64,000 nt of DNA, taken from positions 1,152,001-1,216,000 of the forward strand of contig OY969814.1 in the NCBI GenBank assembly GCA_963703345.1. Reading direction: 5' to 3'. Every line of letters begins with the position of its first letter. Position 1 is the stretch's first letter. This stretch comes from an uncultured Chloroflexia bacterium (GTDB taxonomy: Bacteria > Chloroflexota > Dehalococcoidia > DSTF01 > JALHUB01). Below are positions 27,526 through 36,935 of the stretch, piece by piece. The translations under genes were made by a program, and so were the position numbers. Under the pieces are notes generated by a model that ran no database searches, was not told the DNA's origin, and saw only the letters and a list, made by a program, of their open reading frames with translations.

Positions 27526-28656
27526 TTGAACGTCTACCCGCTGACACTGCTGCTCGCGGCCGGCATCGCCCTGCTGGTCGCGCTCGCGCTCCAGACGTAT
27601 TCCCACCGCATGCCGGTTCCCGGCGTCTTCCGCGTGAATCGCGGCGCCGGCGAAAGGCCCTGCTGGGGCGGCGTCGCCGTGTTCATCGCCTTCGCCTCGA
27701 CGCCGTTCGTAGCATCGGCGCTTTCGTCCAGGGCGTCGGAGTATTTCTCGCCCAAATCCGGCGATTTCCTGAAGTTCCTCGCGGCCGCTGCTCTCATCTT
27801 CGTCGTCGGCCTCATCGACGACTGGCGACCGCTGGGATACAAGCCGAAGTTCGTTGTCCAGGTCATCGCCGCTTCCGCCGTTTACGCCGCCGGCTACAGC
27901 ATCGACAAGATTGCCTTTCCCTGGGGGCCGGAGCTGACTCTTGGCTTCATGGCGCCGGTGCTGACCGTTCTCTGGATCGTCTTCTTCACCAACGCCATCA
28001 ACCTCATCGACGGGCGGGATGGCTTAGCCACCGGCGTTGTCGTGCTGGCGGCGGCGCCCCTGGCCTACATCGCTTCCAGCTCCAACCACCCGGCCGTGGC
28101 GCTCCTGCTCGTCGCTATCGCCGGCGCCGGCCTGGGTTTCATCCCCTTCAACCTGCCGCCGGCGAACAGCTATCTCGGCGACTCCGGCGCGCTGCTGCTG
28201 GGCTTCTTGCTCGGCTCGCTGTCGATTCGCGGGGCGACCGGTGTGACCGAGGCCTTCTTCTTTAGCGTGCCGGTTATCGCTCTCGGCTTCCCGATCCTCG
28301 ACACCGTGCTCGCCGCCGTCCGACGCGCCCTCGACCGCAAGCACCCCTTCGGCCGCGATGCCGATCATATCCATAATCGGCTGGAGAGCGCCGGTTTTGG
28401 GCCGCGGGGGCTCCTAATTGTCATCTACGCCATGAGCATGCTGTTCGCGGGGGCGGCAATTGCAATGCACGGCATCGACGTCTTCGCCGTCGAAGCGGCG
28501 ATTCTCCTCGGTTTCGCCGCCGTGCTGACGCTGGTGCTGGCGAAGCTGGGCTATCTGGTGACGCTCTGGAACAGCCACTCCGTTATCTGGCTGCGGCAGC
28601 GGCTCAGCCTAGCGAACCCGAAGCCGTTTGACACGGGCGACAGCGGCGATAGCTAG
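27526..28656 (+). CDS. MraY/WecA/TagO family polyprenyl-phosphate sugar-1-phosphate transferase
   Basis: GLIDD, NAINLIDGRDGLA, YLGDSG, DADHIH. Confidence 0.9.
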   Translation: MNVYPLTLLLAAGIALLVALALQTYSHRMPVPGVFRVNRGAGERPCWGGVAVFIAFASTPFVASALSSRASEYFSPKSGDFLKFLAAAALIFVVGLIDDWRPLGYKPKFVVQVIAASAVYAAGYSIDKIAFPWGPELTLGFMAPVLTVLWIVFFTNAINLIDGRDGLATGVVVLAAAPLAYIASSSNHPAVALLLVAIAGAGLGFIPFNLPPANSYLGDSGALLLGFLLGSLSIRGATGVTEAFFFSVPVIALGFPILDTVLAAVRRALDRKHPFGRDADHIHNRLESAGFGPRGLLIVIYAMSMLFAGAAIAMHGIDVFAVEAAILLGFAAVLTLVLAKLGYLVTLWNSHSVIWLRQRLSLANPKPFDTGDSGDS

Positions 28657-29537
28657 TCCGCCTCGCTCTGGGCGCGACTCATTGCTCGTTTTAGCTGGTT
28701 CGCCGCGAGCAGATAGGCGCAGCGCGTCGCAATCCCCCCCGCAACGGTGACGTCGACGACCACGTTCCGCCGCAGGTACTTCCTGTAGTAATGCCACATG
28801 CTCCAGTGGCGCGCCATGATGCTGCGGCTGGGAAGCGTCCGGCTGCTCTTCCCGATATGGTGCACGACCGACACCGCCGGATAGTAGACGACCTTCGCTC
28901 CGGCGCGGTGCACCCGCTGGCAGAGGTCCACATCCTCGATGTACATGAAGTAACCCTCATCGAGGAGGCCGATGCGCTCCAGGAGCGATCGTCGAACCAT
29001 CAGGCAGGCGCCGGACACCCAGTCGACCTCGCTGACGCTGTCGTGCTGCCAGTCGCTCAGCAGATATTGCCGCGAATAGCGATTGCGCGGGAAGAGGCGC
29101 GTGAGCAGCGAGTAGCGATTGAACAGGGCGACGGAGAAGGTCGGGAAGCGACGGCACGAGAGCTGGAGGGAGCCGTCGGGGTTGAGCAGCCGCGGCGCGA
29201 CGATGCCGACGTCGTCGTGCTCGCGCAGGTAGGCCAGCATCGGCGCGAAAGGATCGGTTTCGATCTCGGAGTCCGGGTTGAGCAGGACGATCGCCTCGCC
29301 CGTCGCTTCCCTGATGCCGCGATTCGCCCCGGCCGCAAAGCCCAGGTTGCGGCGCATTCGCAGCAGGCGGACGTCGGGGAAGTCCGAGGCGACCATGTCA
29401 GCGCTGCCGTCGGCGGAGTCGTTGTCGACGACGATGACCTCCCGCTCGGCGGCCGGCGGATGAGTCAGCAGCGAGGCGAAGCAGCGCCGCAAGTGCTCGC
29501 GCCCGTTGTAGCTGACGATGACGATGGAGATGTCCAA
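28653..29537 (-). CDS. GT2 glycosyltransferase (WbbL-like rhamnosyltransferase)
   Basis: SIVIVSYN, VVDNDSADGS, LNPD, DWVSGAC, FMYIEDVDLC. Confidence 0.9.
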   Translation of the reverse strand: MDISIVIVSYNGREHLRRCFASLLTHPPAAEREVIVVDNDSADGSADMVASDFPDVRLLRMRRNLGFAAGANRGIREATGEAIVLLNPDSEIETDPFAPMLAYLREHDDVGIVAPRLLNPDGSLQLSCRRFPTFSVALFNRYSLLTRLFPRNRYSRQYLLSDWQHDSVSEVDWVSGACLMVRRSLLERIGLLDEGYFMYIEDVDLCQRVHRAGAKVVYYPAVSVVHHIGKSSRTLPSRSIMARHWSMWHYYRKYLRRNVVVDVTVAGGIATRCAYLLAANQLKRAMSRAQSEAD

Positions 29538-29539
29538 GC

Positions 29540-30667
29540 TCAGCCTCTCGCCAGCGCTTCGGTGTACACGCCGATGGTCTCTCGCGCCGCCTTCTCCCAG
29601 CTAAACGTCGCCGCCCGCTCCAGGCCGCGACGCTGCAGATCGGCCCGCAGCGAGCTGTCCTTCAGGATGCGTTCGAGCGCATCGCAGAGCGCGGTAGCGT
29701 CGCGGGGGTCGGTCAGGAGCGCCGCGTCGCCGGCGACTTCCGGCAGCGACGACACGTTCGATGCGACGACCGGCACGCCGCAGGCCATCGCCTCCAGCAC
29801 CGGCAACCCGAAGCCCTCGTACAGCGATGGGAAGGCGAACGCGTCGGCGGCGTTGTAGAGCGCCGGCATCTCCTCCGGCGGCACGTAACCGGTGAAGACG
29901 ACCTGGCCCTTGAGCCCGAGCTCCTCGGCTAGATGGAAGTCGTCGCCGTACTTCCAGGCCCGCTGCCCGGCCACGACCAGGCTGTGCTCCACGCCGCGCC
30001 GCCGCAGCTCCGCGAAGGCGTTCAGCAGCGTAGAGCGGTTCTTGCCCGGCTCCAGGCTGCCGACGCTGAGGATGAACCGCTCGGGCAGCAGGTACTTGCG
30101 GCGCACCTGCTCCACGGGCGCGGGGTCTTCGATGATGCGGAAGGCGGGCGCCGCCGCCTCGGCAATCGGTCGCACCTTGTCGGGCGGCGCGTGCAGGATG
30201 CGGACGATGTCGTCGCGGACGGCCAGCGACGGGCAGATGAGCAGTTTTGCCGCCTTCGCCGAGGCCCAGCTCACGGCGCGGAAGTAGTAGAGCCGCCGGC
30301 GCGGATAACGCTTCGGCAGGATGAAGAACGTCAGGTCGTGGAAGGTGACGACGCGGCGACCGCCCACGTTAAGCAGCGGCGAGGTGTGATGCGGCGAATG
30401 GACGACGTCAATGGCCTGCGCCCGTAGCTGCGCCGGCAGAACGAGCTGCTCCCAGACGAGTCGCATCGCCCGGGAGCGCGCGCCGACGTGCACGACTCGG
30501 AGGGACGGCCGCTCGCGCTGCAGAGTGTCGAAGGCGTCGGTGCGGGCAAAGACGACGTACTCGTTTTCGGCGTCGACGCGGGCGAGGGCGCGAAGCAGGT
30601 TGTCGGTGTAGACGCCGGCGCCGGCCATGAGGCGCGGTATCGACGTGGTGTCGTAGGCGATGCGCAT
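29540..30667 (-). CDS. GT4 glycosyltransferase
   Basis: PSLYEGFGLPVLEAMACG; VGSLEPGKN. Confidence 0.92.
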   Translation of the reverse strand: MRIAYDTTSIPRLMAGAGVYTDNLLRALARVDAENEYVVFARTDAFDTLQRERPSLRVVHVGARSRAMRLVWEQLVLPAQLRAQAIDVVHSPHHTSPLLNVGGRRVVTFHDLTFFILPKRYPRRRLYYFRAVSWASAKAAKLLICPSLAVRDDIVRILHAPPDKVRPIAEAAAPAFRIIEDPAPVEQVRRKYLLPERFILSVGSLEPGKNRSTLLNAFAELRRRGVEHSLVVAGQRAWKYGDDFHLAEELGLKGQVVFTGYVPPEEMPALYNAADAFAFPSLYEGFGLPVLEAMACGVPVVASNVSSLPEVAGDAALLTDPRDATALCDALERILKDSSLRADLQRRGLERAATFSWEKAARETIGVYTEALARG

Positions 30668-30676
30668 CAACCTCTC

Positions 30677-31606
30677 CTAGAGATCGCCGGCTTCCACGGT
30701 GCGGCCCATCCGTCCGCGGTAGTAGTCTAGCACGCCGAGCGCCAGCGCCTTCGCCATGCGCCCGTCGCGCTTCATGGCGTACCTGCCGAGGTAGGCGAGC
30801 CGCGTCGACAGGAAGTAGAGCGTGAACAGGGCGAACCAGAGCCTTGAGGTCGAGTTCTTGCGCACCAGGTAGAGCCGGTTGCGGGTGGCGTAGTAGTGCT
30901 TGAAGGGCGTCATCCAGCCGCCGCCGCTCGACGCGCTCTCCATGTGGTAGATGACCGCCTCGGGGTCGTAGCGGAGGCGGTAGCCGGCGGCCAGGGCGTG
31001 TCGCAGCCAGTCGGTCTCCTCGTAGTACATGAAGAAGCGCTCGTCCAGCAGGCCGACCTCGCGGAAGGCGGCGGCGGGCACCAGGGCGCAGCAGAAGCTG
31101 GCCGTCTGGAGGTCGCGGGGACGGTTCGTCGCCGGGCCGTCGGGCTTGCCGTGGAAGGTGCGGCGGAACAGGCCGAAGCGCCAGTCGAAGTCGCCGGCGT
31201 GGGTGCTGATGAGACGGGGGTCATCGCGGTAGAGGATCTTGGGCACGGCGATGGTGCGTTCGTCGGCGAAGGCGACGAGCTTCGAGAGGAAGTCGGGCGT
31301 CAGGACGGTGTCGTTGTTGAGGATGAGGACGCGGTCGAAGCCTTCGTCGAGGCAGTAGCGGACGCCGATGTTGTTGCCGCCGGCGGTGCCCAGGTTCTCG
31401 GCGGCGCGCAGGAGGACGGCGTCCGGGAGCAGGCGCTCGAGCTCATCGCCGGAGCCGTCCGTCGAGGCGTTGTCGACGATGACGACGCGATGGGGGTAGT
31501 CGACGGCGGCCAGCGAGTCGGCGAAGGGACGGATGAAGGCGGCGCCGTTGTAGTTGACGACGACGATGCCCACGGAAGGGCGCTGCGGGTCGGTTGGTTC
31601 GGGCAT
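30677..31606 (-). CDS. GT2 glycosyltransferase
   Basis: VVVNYN, VDNASTDGS, LNNDT, FMYYEETDW, YYATRN. Confidence 0.9.
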   Translation of the reverse strand: MPEPTDPQRPSVGIVVVNYNGAAFIRPFADSLAAVDYPHRVVIVDNASTDGSGDELERLLPDAVLLRAAENLGTAGGNNIGVRYCLDEGFDRVLILNNDTVLTPDFLSKLVAFADERTIAVPKILYRDDPRLISTHAGDFDWRFGLFRRTFHGKPDGPATNRPRDLQTASFCCALVPAAAFREVGLLDERFFMYYEETDWLRHALAAGYRLRYDPEAVIYHMESASSGGGWMTPFKHYYATRNRLYLVRKNSTSRLWFALFTLYFLSTRLAYLGRYAMKRDGRMAKALALGVLDYYRGRMGRTVEAGDL

Positions 31607-31664
31607 GTGGAATGCATCTTAGCATCCGCGACGCGCTGGCTGAATCGCGGGGGCGGCGCGTCGA

Positions 31665-32217
31665 ATTGACCCATTGAATTCAATTACTTTTTCGCGCCTC
31701 TTCCAGATTCGGGATGCGCGCACTCAGATTCAAGATACTGCTCCAATTTGCGTCGAATTACGGCGGACAGCCGGGCATTCTGGATGAGTTTGGCGCTGAC
31801 GATCATGAGGGCCTGGAAGCGGACGCGCTCGCGGTGCTTGTGTCGCATGATGGCGCGGAGGACGGGCCGAATGTCGTCGTTAGCGGCCATGGCGTCGATG
31901 GCGGCCTGGAATTGTCGGGAGTAGCGGCCGGTCTTGATGGCGTTAAGGTTGCCCTTCGGGGCTCCCCTCCGAGGCGAGCCTCCGGCCCTCCGAGGGGAGG
32001 CTTCGGCGGCGGCGGGCTGGCGTCCTGCGCGTGGCATGGGAGCGTCTCCTGTCGCTTGGCGATGGGCTTCCGCCACCCTGGCCCCTTGGGCTGCCGCGTG
32101 GTGGACATCGATGCTGTTCTTCCCGCCCACCCACCCAGTGAAGTTAATCACGAATTTCAAAGGGGACACCCCTTTGAAACCCCGGCAGAAGGAGAAACTC
32201 TCCTTCTGCACTTCCTC
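31665..32217 (-). mobile_element. Family-1 composite element, copy B
   Basis: Colinear homolog of 15782-16310, located inside the glycan operon next to the DUF3800-like gene. Mobility is inferred. Confidence 0.6.
31684..32037 (-). CDS. Small basic protein with GAPKGNLNAIKTGRYS motif, paralog of 15960-16328
   Basis: AGGAG SD; shares RFQALMIVSA and IRRKLEQYLESECAH with copy A. Confidence 0.75.
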   Translation of the reverse strand: MPRAGRQPAAAEASPRRAGGSPRRGAPKGNLNAIKTGRYSRQFQAAIDAMAANDDIRPVLRAIMRHKHRERVRFQALMIVSAKLIQNARLSAVIRRKLEQYLESECAHPESGRGAKK

Positions 32218-32441
32218 TGTTTGCAGGTGACAGGGCCAGGATATATGTTCGAGGGAAGGTTGCCAAGGGATTGGTGGCACGTGAATGCGACGCCAGCGTG
32301 GGGCAGGAAGGTCAAAGCATAGGGAAAGCCAACCCGACTGGGAAACCGAAGCCGGAGACGCCGAAGGTTTGAGCGTATTGTGCGGAAAATGTGAACGTAC
32401 AAAAGAATCGCGTAACCCAGGACTAGAAGCCAAGGTCGCGC

Positions 32442-33317
32442 TTATAGCGGGCCCTCTGAATATGCTCTCTGAATGGCGTTCGCTTGGTCGCGCTTGACCT
32501 TCGAGAGCAGATCATCGAAATAACGCTTGTCCGCTGTCCTGATATCCGCCTTTTTCCGCGTTAAGACCCTGAATGCCCGGGTTAGCTCGGCGTTCAGGTT
32601 ATCGCATAGCTTGCGATTCCATACATAGGCATAAAGATCGGCTGCCTGGAGACCTGGCTCCTTCTCAGAGTCAGCAAACGTGAGATCGTTAAGCGCATCA
32701 GTGTCGGTGTCCGCGTGATCCTTGAATGTATTAAAGGTCGCCAGTGCTCTAGCCTCGGATTCCCGTTTTCTGTCGAGGTATATGTGGATTTGGGAGTCGT
32801 GGGCGGCCCTACATGCCAACAATGCCTCCACTAAGAATCCAGGGAACACGACGAAGTATGGTCGAGTTGGGGCGGACTCATGAGCCAACAGCTTCTGAGT
32901 GACTTCAAACTGGTCTTCGTGCCATCGCGTCCTGGTCAAGAGAACAGCTCCGGTCAGAAACCGTCGCTCAATCTCCGAATAAGCGAAAAAATCTCGATTC
33001 TTGCAAGCTCCGCCCACAGGCTGTAGCTGATAGCGATGGATTGTGTCCAGTAGCCTAGTCAGGAGCGCTGCCGCCTTCTGCGGCTTCCATCCGTGATATG
33101 GACTCTCTGAACTTTGCCAAGTGGCCTTCTGGAAGAACTCCTTAGCATGGAATTCCCGCTGCTTGCCGTCCTTCGGCGGTGGCAGTATCTCTAGCGCGGA
33201 ATTCCAGTCGCGGCGAAACAACTTCCATTGATGCGGCGATGCGACGTAGCCGAGAATCAGAGTGAAGGGGGCGCCATCCTGTGATCCGCTGTCATCGCCG
33301 TAGGCATGGAGAGCCAT
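32442..33317 (-). CDS. DUF3800-like protein (RNase H-like fold)
   Basis: N-terminal AYGDDSG, EFHAKEF, C-terminal LQAADLYAY; lower GC than flanks; GGAGG upstream of ATG 33317. Confidence 0.75.
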   Translation of the reverse strand: MALHAYGDDSGSQDGAPFTLILGYVASPHQWKLFRRDWNSALEILPPPKDGKQREFHAKEFFQKATWQSSESPYHGWKPQKAAALLTRLLDTIHRYQLQPVGGACKNRDFFAYSEIERRFLTGAVLLTRTRWHEDQFEVTQKLLAHESAPTRPYFVVFPGFLVEALLACRAAHDSQIHIYLDRKRESEARALATFNTFKDHADTDTDALNDLTFADSEKEPGLQAADLYAYVWNRKLCDNLNAELTRAFRVLTRKKADIRTADKRYFDDLLSKVKRDQANAIQRAYSEGPL

Positions 33318-33450
33318 AGCGATCAGGTGCCTCCCCTTGTGATATGGATACTCGCCCCTGCCAGTTACTAAGAGCATTTTGCACCGCGCAGGTTACTGAG
33401 GCAAGAATATTGTTGCCCTGGAAAGTCTCGGCTACGTGGTTGTTGGGGGG

Positions 33451-34293
33451 TTAGGCGAAGTGGGCGGCGAGGGCGCTATCCCAGGGGCGGAGGGTGATGC
33501 CGAGGCGCGCGCCGGCGTCGTTACGGAGAATGGTGTAGGGGGGTTTCGGCGGGTACGGGTTGTACTGCGCAAGCGTCGTCGGTTTGAGGGTGACGTCGCT
33601 GCGGCCGGCCAGTCGCAGGACCTCGCGCGCCCAGTCGAAGCGGGAGCACTCGCCGGCGTTGGTGAGGTGGTAGACGCCGTAGACGCCGGTGGCGACGAGA
33701 CGCGCAATCGCTTCTGCCAGGTCGCGGGCGTATGTGGGCGTTGCGACCTCGTCCGTCACTATCGTTAGCTCCGGCTGCTGCGACGCGGCGGCCAGCACCT
33801 TCGACGGGAAGTCTCGCTCGCCCCCACCCCACAGCCAGGCTGTTCGCACGACGTAGAGGCGGTCGACGAGCGAGTGCGCTTGCTCCTCGCCGGCCAGCTT
33901 GGAGCGGCCGTAGGAGTTGATTGGATTCGGCGCGTCCGACTCGACATAAGGCTCCCGCTTCGTTCCGTCGAAGACCTCGTTGGTGCTGACGTAGACGAGC
34001 GCCGCGCCCGTGTCGCGGCAGGCAAGGGCGACGTTGCGGGTGCCGAGGCCGTTCAGGCGAAGAGCGAGGTCGGGGTCGTCTTCGCAGAGGCGGGTGTCGG
34101 TCAGAGCGGCGGCGTGCACGACGACGTCCGGTCGCCCAGACGGGCAGGCTGCGGCTTCGATTGTGCGATGCGTCAGATCTTCGTCGGTGATGTCCAGCTC
34201 CGGCAGGTCGGCGCCGTCGACGACGTCGTTGGGAAAGGCGCGCATCATCTCCTGTCCGAGCTGGCCGCGATTGCCGGTGACGAAGATGCGCAT
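33451..34293 (-). CDS. rfbD: dTDP-4-dehydrorhamnose reductase
   Basis: TGNRGQLG, YVSTNEVFDG, YGRSKLAGE, VRTAW. Confidence 0.93.
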   Translation of the reverse strand: MRIFVTGNRGQLGQEMMRAFPNDVVDGADLPELDITDEDLTHRTIEAAACPSGRPDVVVHAAALTDTRLCEDDPDLALRLNGLGTRNVALACRDTGAALVYVSTNEVFDGTKREPYVESDAPNPINSYGRSKLAGEEQAHSLVDRLYVVRTAWLWGGGERDFPSKVLAAASQQPELTIVTDEVATPTYARDLAEAIARLVATGVYGVYHLTNAGECSRFDWAREVLRLAGRSDVTLKPTTLAQYNPYPPKPPYTILRNDAGARLGITLRPWDSALAAHFA

Positions 34294-34294
34294 G

Positions 34295-35344
34295 TCAGGC
34301 GGGCGGAGCGCTGCTGGAAGAGGCGAGGCGGGCGGCGTACTGGCGGTCGTAGTAGGCGCGGAAGGCGCCCGACTTGATCTTCTCCCACCAGCGCCGGTTG
34401 GCGACGTACCAGTCGACGGTCTCGTCGATGCAGGCGGCGAAGTCGTGGCGCGGCGACCAGCCGAGGGCGCGGACCTTGTCGAAGTCGAGGGCGTAGCGGC
34501 GGTCGTGGCCCGGGCGGTCGTCGACGAAGCGTATGAGGCTGCGCGGCTTGCCCAGGCGGTCGAGGATCGCTTCGACGACGTCCATGTTCGGGCGCTCGTT
34601 GCCGGCGCCGACGTTGTAGATTTCGCCGGGCGCGCCTTCGTGCAGCAGCAGGTCCAGCGCCTCGCAGTTGTCCTTCACGAACAGCCAGTCGCGCACCTGG
34701 CGGCCGTCGCCGTAGACGGGCAGCGGCTGGTCGTCCAGCGCGTTGGAGATGAAAAGCGGCGCCATCTTCTCCGGGTACTGGTTGGGGCCGATGTTGTTGC
34801 AGGGCCGGGCGATGACGACCGGCAGGCGGTGGGTCTCGATGAAGGCGATGCACTGCATGTCGCCGCCGGCCTTGCTCGCGGAGTAGGGGCTGCGCGGATG
34901 GAGCGCGTCGGTCTCTATGGAGCGGTGGGGCGCGGGGACTTCGCCGTAGACCTCGTCGGTCGAGATGTGGAGGACGCGCTCGATGCGGTCGCCGGCAGCG
35001 GCGACGGCGGAGAGCAGGCAGTAGGCGCCGTAGACGTCGGTCTGGATGAAGGGCGCCGGTTCGAGAAGGGAGCGGTCAACGTGGCTCTCCGCGGCGAAGT
35101 TGACGACGGCGTCGGCCTCGGCGACAAGCCGTCCGACAAGCTCGGCGTTGCAGATGTCGCCCTTCACGAAGCGGTAGCGCTTGCCGAGCGGCCCGCCCTC
35201 GACGTCCATCAGGTTGTCGGGATTGCCGGCGTAGGTCAGTTTGTCCAGGTTGACGATCTCATAGCCGTCGTATTTCGTCAGGACGTGGCGGATGAAATGG
35301 CTTCCGATGAAGCCGGCGCCGCCCGTGACGAGAATCCTGCGCAT
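34295..35344 (-). CDS. rfbB: dTDP-glucose 4,6-dehydratase
   Basis: TGGAGFIGS, DKLTYAGN, AAESHVDRS, STDEVYG, DRPGHDRRY. Confidence 0.96.
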   Translation of the reverse strand: MRRILVTGGAGFIGSHFIRHVLTKYDGYEIVNLDKLTYAGNPDNLMDVEGGPLGKRYRFVKGDICNAELVGRLVAEADAVVNFAAESHVDRSLLEPAPFIQTDVYGAYCLLSAVAAAGDRIERVLHISTDEVYGEVPAPHRSIETDALHPRSPYSASKAGGDMQCIAFIETHRLPVVIARPCNNIGPNQYPEKMAPLFISNALDDQPLPVYGDGRQVRDWLFVKDNCEALDLLLHEGAPGEIYNVGAGNERPNMDVVEAILDRLGKPRSLIRFVDDRPGHDRRYALDFDKVRALGWSPRHDFAACIDETVDWYVANRRWWEKIKSGAFRAYYDRQYAARLASSSSAPPA

Positions 35345-35352
35345 GTCCGCTC

Positions 35353-36429
35353 CTAAGGGATCCGCACGCGGCTGAAGTCGCCGAGGACGAGCGTGCAGCT
35401 CCGGGGCTTGCCGTCGGCGCCGCGGAGGTCAACGTTGCGGCCGATAAGGCTGTCCTGGATGCGCGCGCCGATGCCCGAGATGACCGTGTTCTCCATCACC
35501 ACGCTCTGCTCGATCTCGGCGTCTTCGATGAGACAATCGTGGTAGACCGACGTGAAGGGGCCGACGTAGGAGTTGACGACGCGCGTCCGCTCGCCGATTA
35601 TCGTCGGGCCGCGGACGGTGCTGTTGACGATTTCGCAGCCTCTTTCGAGAACCACGCGTCCCTCCACGCGCGAGGCCTCGTCGACGCTGCCGGCGCTCGA
35701 GGGCTCGAGGCCTTCGAGTATCAGGCGGTTCGCCTCGAGGAGGTCGCTCATCTTGCCGGTGTCGATCCAGCAGCCGCCGGCGACCTCGCAGCGCACGTCG
35801 TGCCCGTGGTCGATGAGGTACTGGATGGTGTCCGTTATCTCCAGCTCGCCGCGGGCGGACGGCTTGATGGCGTTCACGGCCGTGAAGACGGTGCGGTCGA
35901 AGAGGTAGATGCCGATCACGGCCAGGTTCGAGGGCGGGTCCTTCGGCTTCTCGACGACGCGCAGCAGGCGGCCGTCGCGCAGCTCCGCGACGCCGAAGTC
36001 CTGCGGGTTCTTGACGGGATAGAGCAGTATCTGGCCCGCCGGAGGCGGGTCGCAGCGGCAGAAGCGGTCCACGAAGGGGACGATGCCTTCGCGGAGGAAG
36101 TTGTCGCCGAGGAAGAGGACGAAGGGGTCGTCGCCGAGGAAGTCGCGGGCGATCTTGACGGCGTGGGCGATGCCGAGCGGCGCTTCCTGCTCGATGTAGG
36201 TGACGCGGACGCCGAATCGACTGCCGTCGCCGACGGCCGCTCGCACCTGGTCCTTCGTGTCGCCGACGACGATGCCGATCTCCTTGACGCCGCACTCGAC
36301 GAGGTTCTCGATTGCGTAGAAGAGGATGGGCTTGTTGGCGATGGGCACGAGCTGTTTGGCGCCGGTGTAGGTGAAGGGGCGCAGGCGGCTGCCCTGGCCG
36401 CCGCTGAGGATGAGGCCTTTCAGCGCCAT
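35353..36429 (-). CDS. rfbA: Glucose-1-phosphate thymidylyltransferase (long form)
   Basis: LSGGQGSRLRPFTYTGAKQLVP, KPSARGELEITD, C-terminal beta-helix. Confidence 0.93.
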   Translation of the reverse strand: MALKGLILSGGQGSRLRPFTYTGAKQLVPIANKPILFYAIENLVECGVKEIGIVVGDTKDQVRAAVGDGSRFGVRVTYIEQEAPLGIAHAVKIARDFLGDDPFVLFLGDNFLREGIVPFVDRFCRCDPPPAGQILLYPVKNPQDFGVAELRDGRLLRVVEKPKDPPSNLAVIGIYLFDRTVFTAVNAIKPSARGELEITDTIQYLIDHGHDVRCEVAGGCWIDTGKMSDLLEANRLILEGLEPSSAGSVDEASRVEGRVVLERGCEIVNSTVRGPTIIGERTRVVNSYVGPFTSVYHDCLIEDAEIEQSVVMENTVISGIGARIQDSLIGRNVDLRGADGKPRSCTLVLGDFSRVRIP

Positions 36430-36632
36430 GGGAAGATCGAGCATTGCCGGGCGACTCCCGTCCGCAAGTCCGGGCATCAGGTACAGGCTATTGTAAACCG
36501 CCTCTGTGGGGTCGGCAACTCGGGGAATTGCCTTCGGTTGTGGCCGGCTTGCCGCGAAGGGGGTGGGACAAGGGCTCGCGGGACCGAAGACCAGTGCCTG
36601 CGATCTCGTGGATGGGGACAGCGATTCGACTA

Positions 36633-36839
36633 TCACATGAAGGTTACACTAGCCTCGGGGATCTCGTGATATCCGACTACCTCGCTTAGTCTGTAACGCC
36701 CCAATACCTTTTCGCCTTCATACAGTGTCAGCCACCTTCCGGCTACGGTATCCTCGTTGTAATCTTCTGTCTTGTACGAGTCGCAATTGATATCGATGGG
36801 TTCCTTTCGGCTTCTAAGTTCGATCCGCAGCGTGATCAT
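36633..36839 (-). CDS. Small hypothetical protein (68 aa)
   Basis: AAGGGAG SD; low-GC ORF filling the gap downstream of the MTase gene. Confidence 0.55.
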   Translation of the reverse strand: MITLRIELRSRKEPIDINCDSYKTEDYNEDTVAGRWLTLYEGEKVLGRYRLSEVVGYHEIPEASVTFM

Positions 36840-36935
36840 TCAACCTGCGCTCCCTTCTTGCCATATGTGGTGAAGTGTAGCACATGAGTTCGAGATGTCA
36901 AGCATCTTTTGCCGGTCGGATGCTTGATGTGCCCA

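Noticed and set aside
32238-32251. Possible LexA box (CGAACATATATCCT) upstream of element B
   Set aside because: Only one half-site matches GAAC-N4-GTTC, and it is not conserved at the same position in copy A.
31684-32433. 249-aa version of the copy B ORF
   Set aside because: The extension runs through the hairpin/G-tract leader; homology and SD place the start at 32037.
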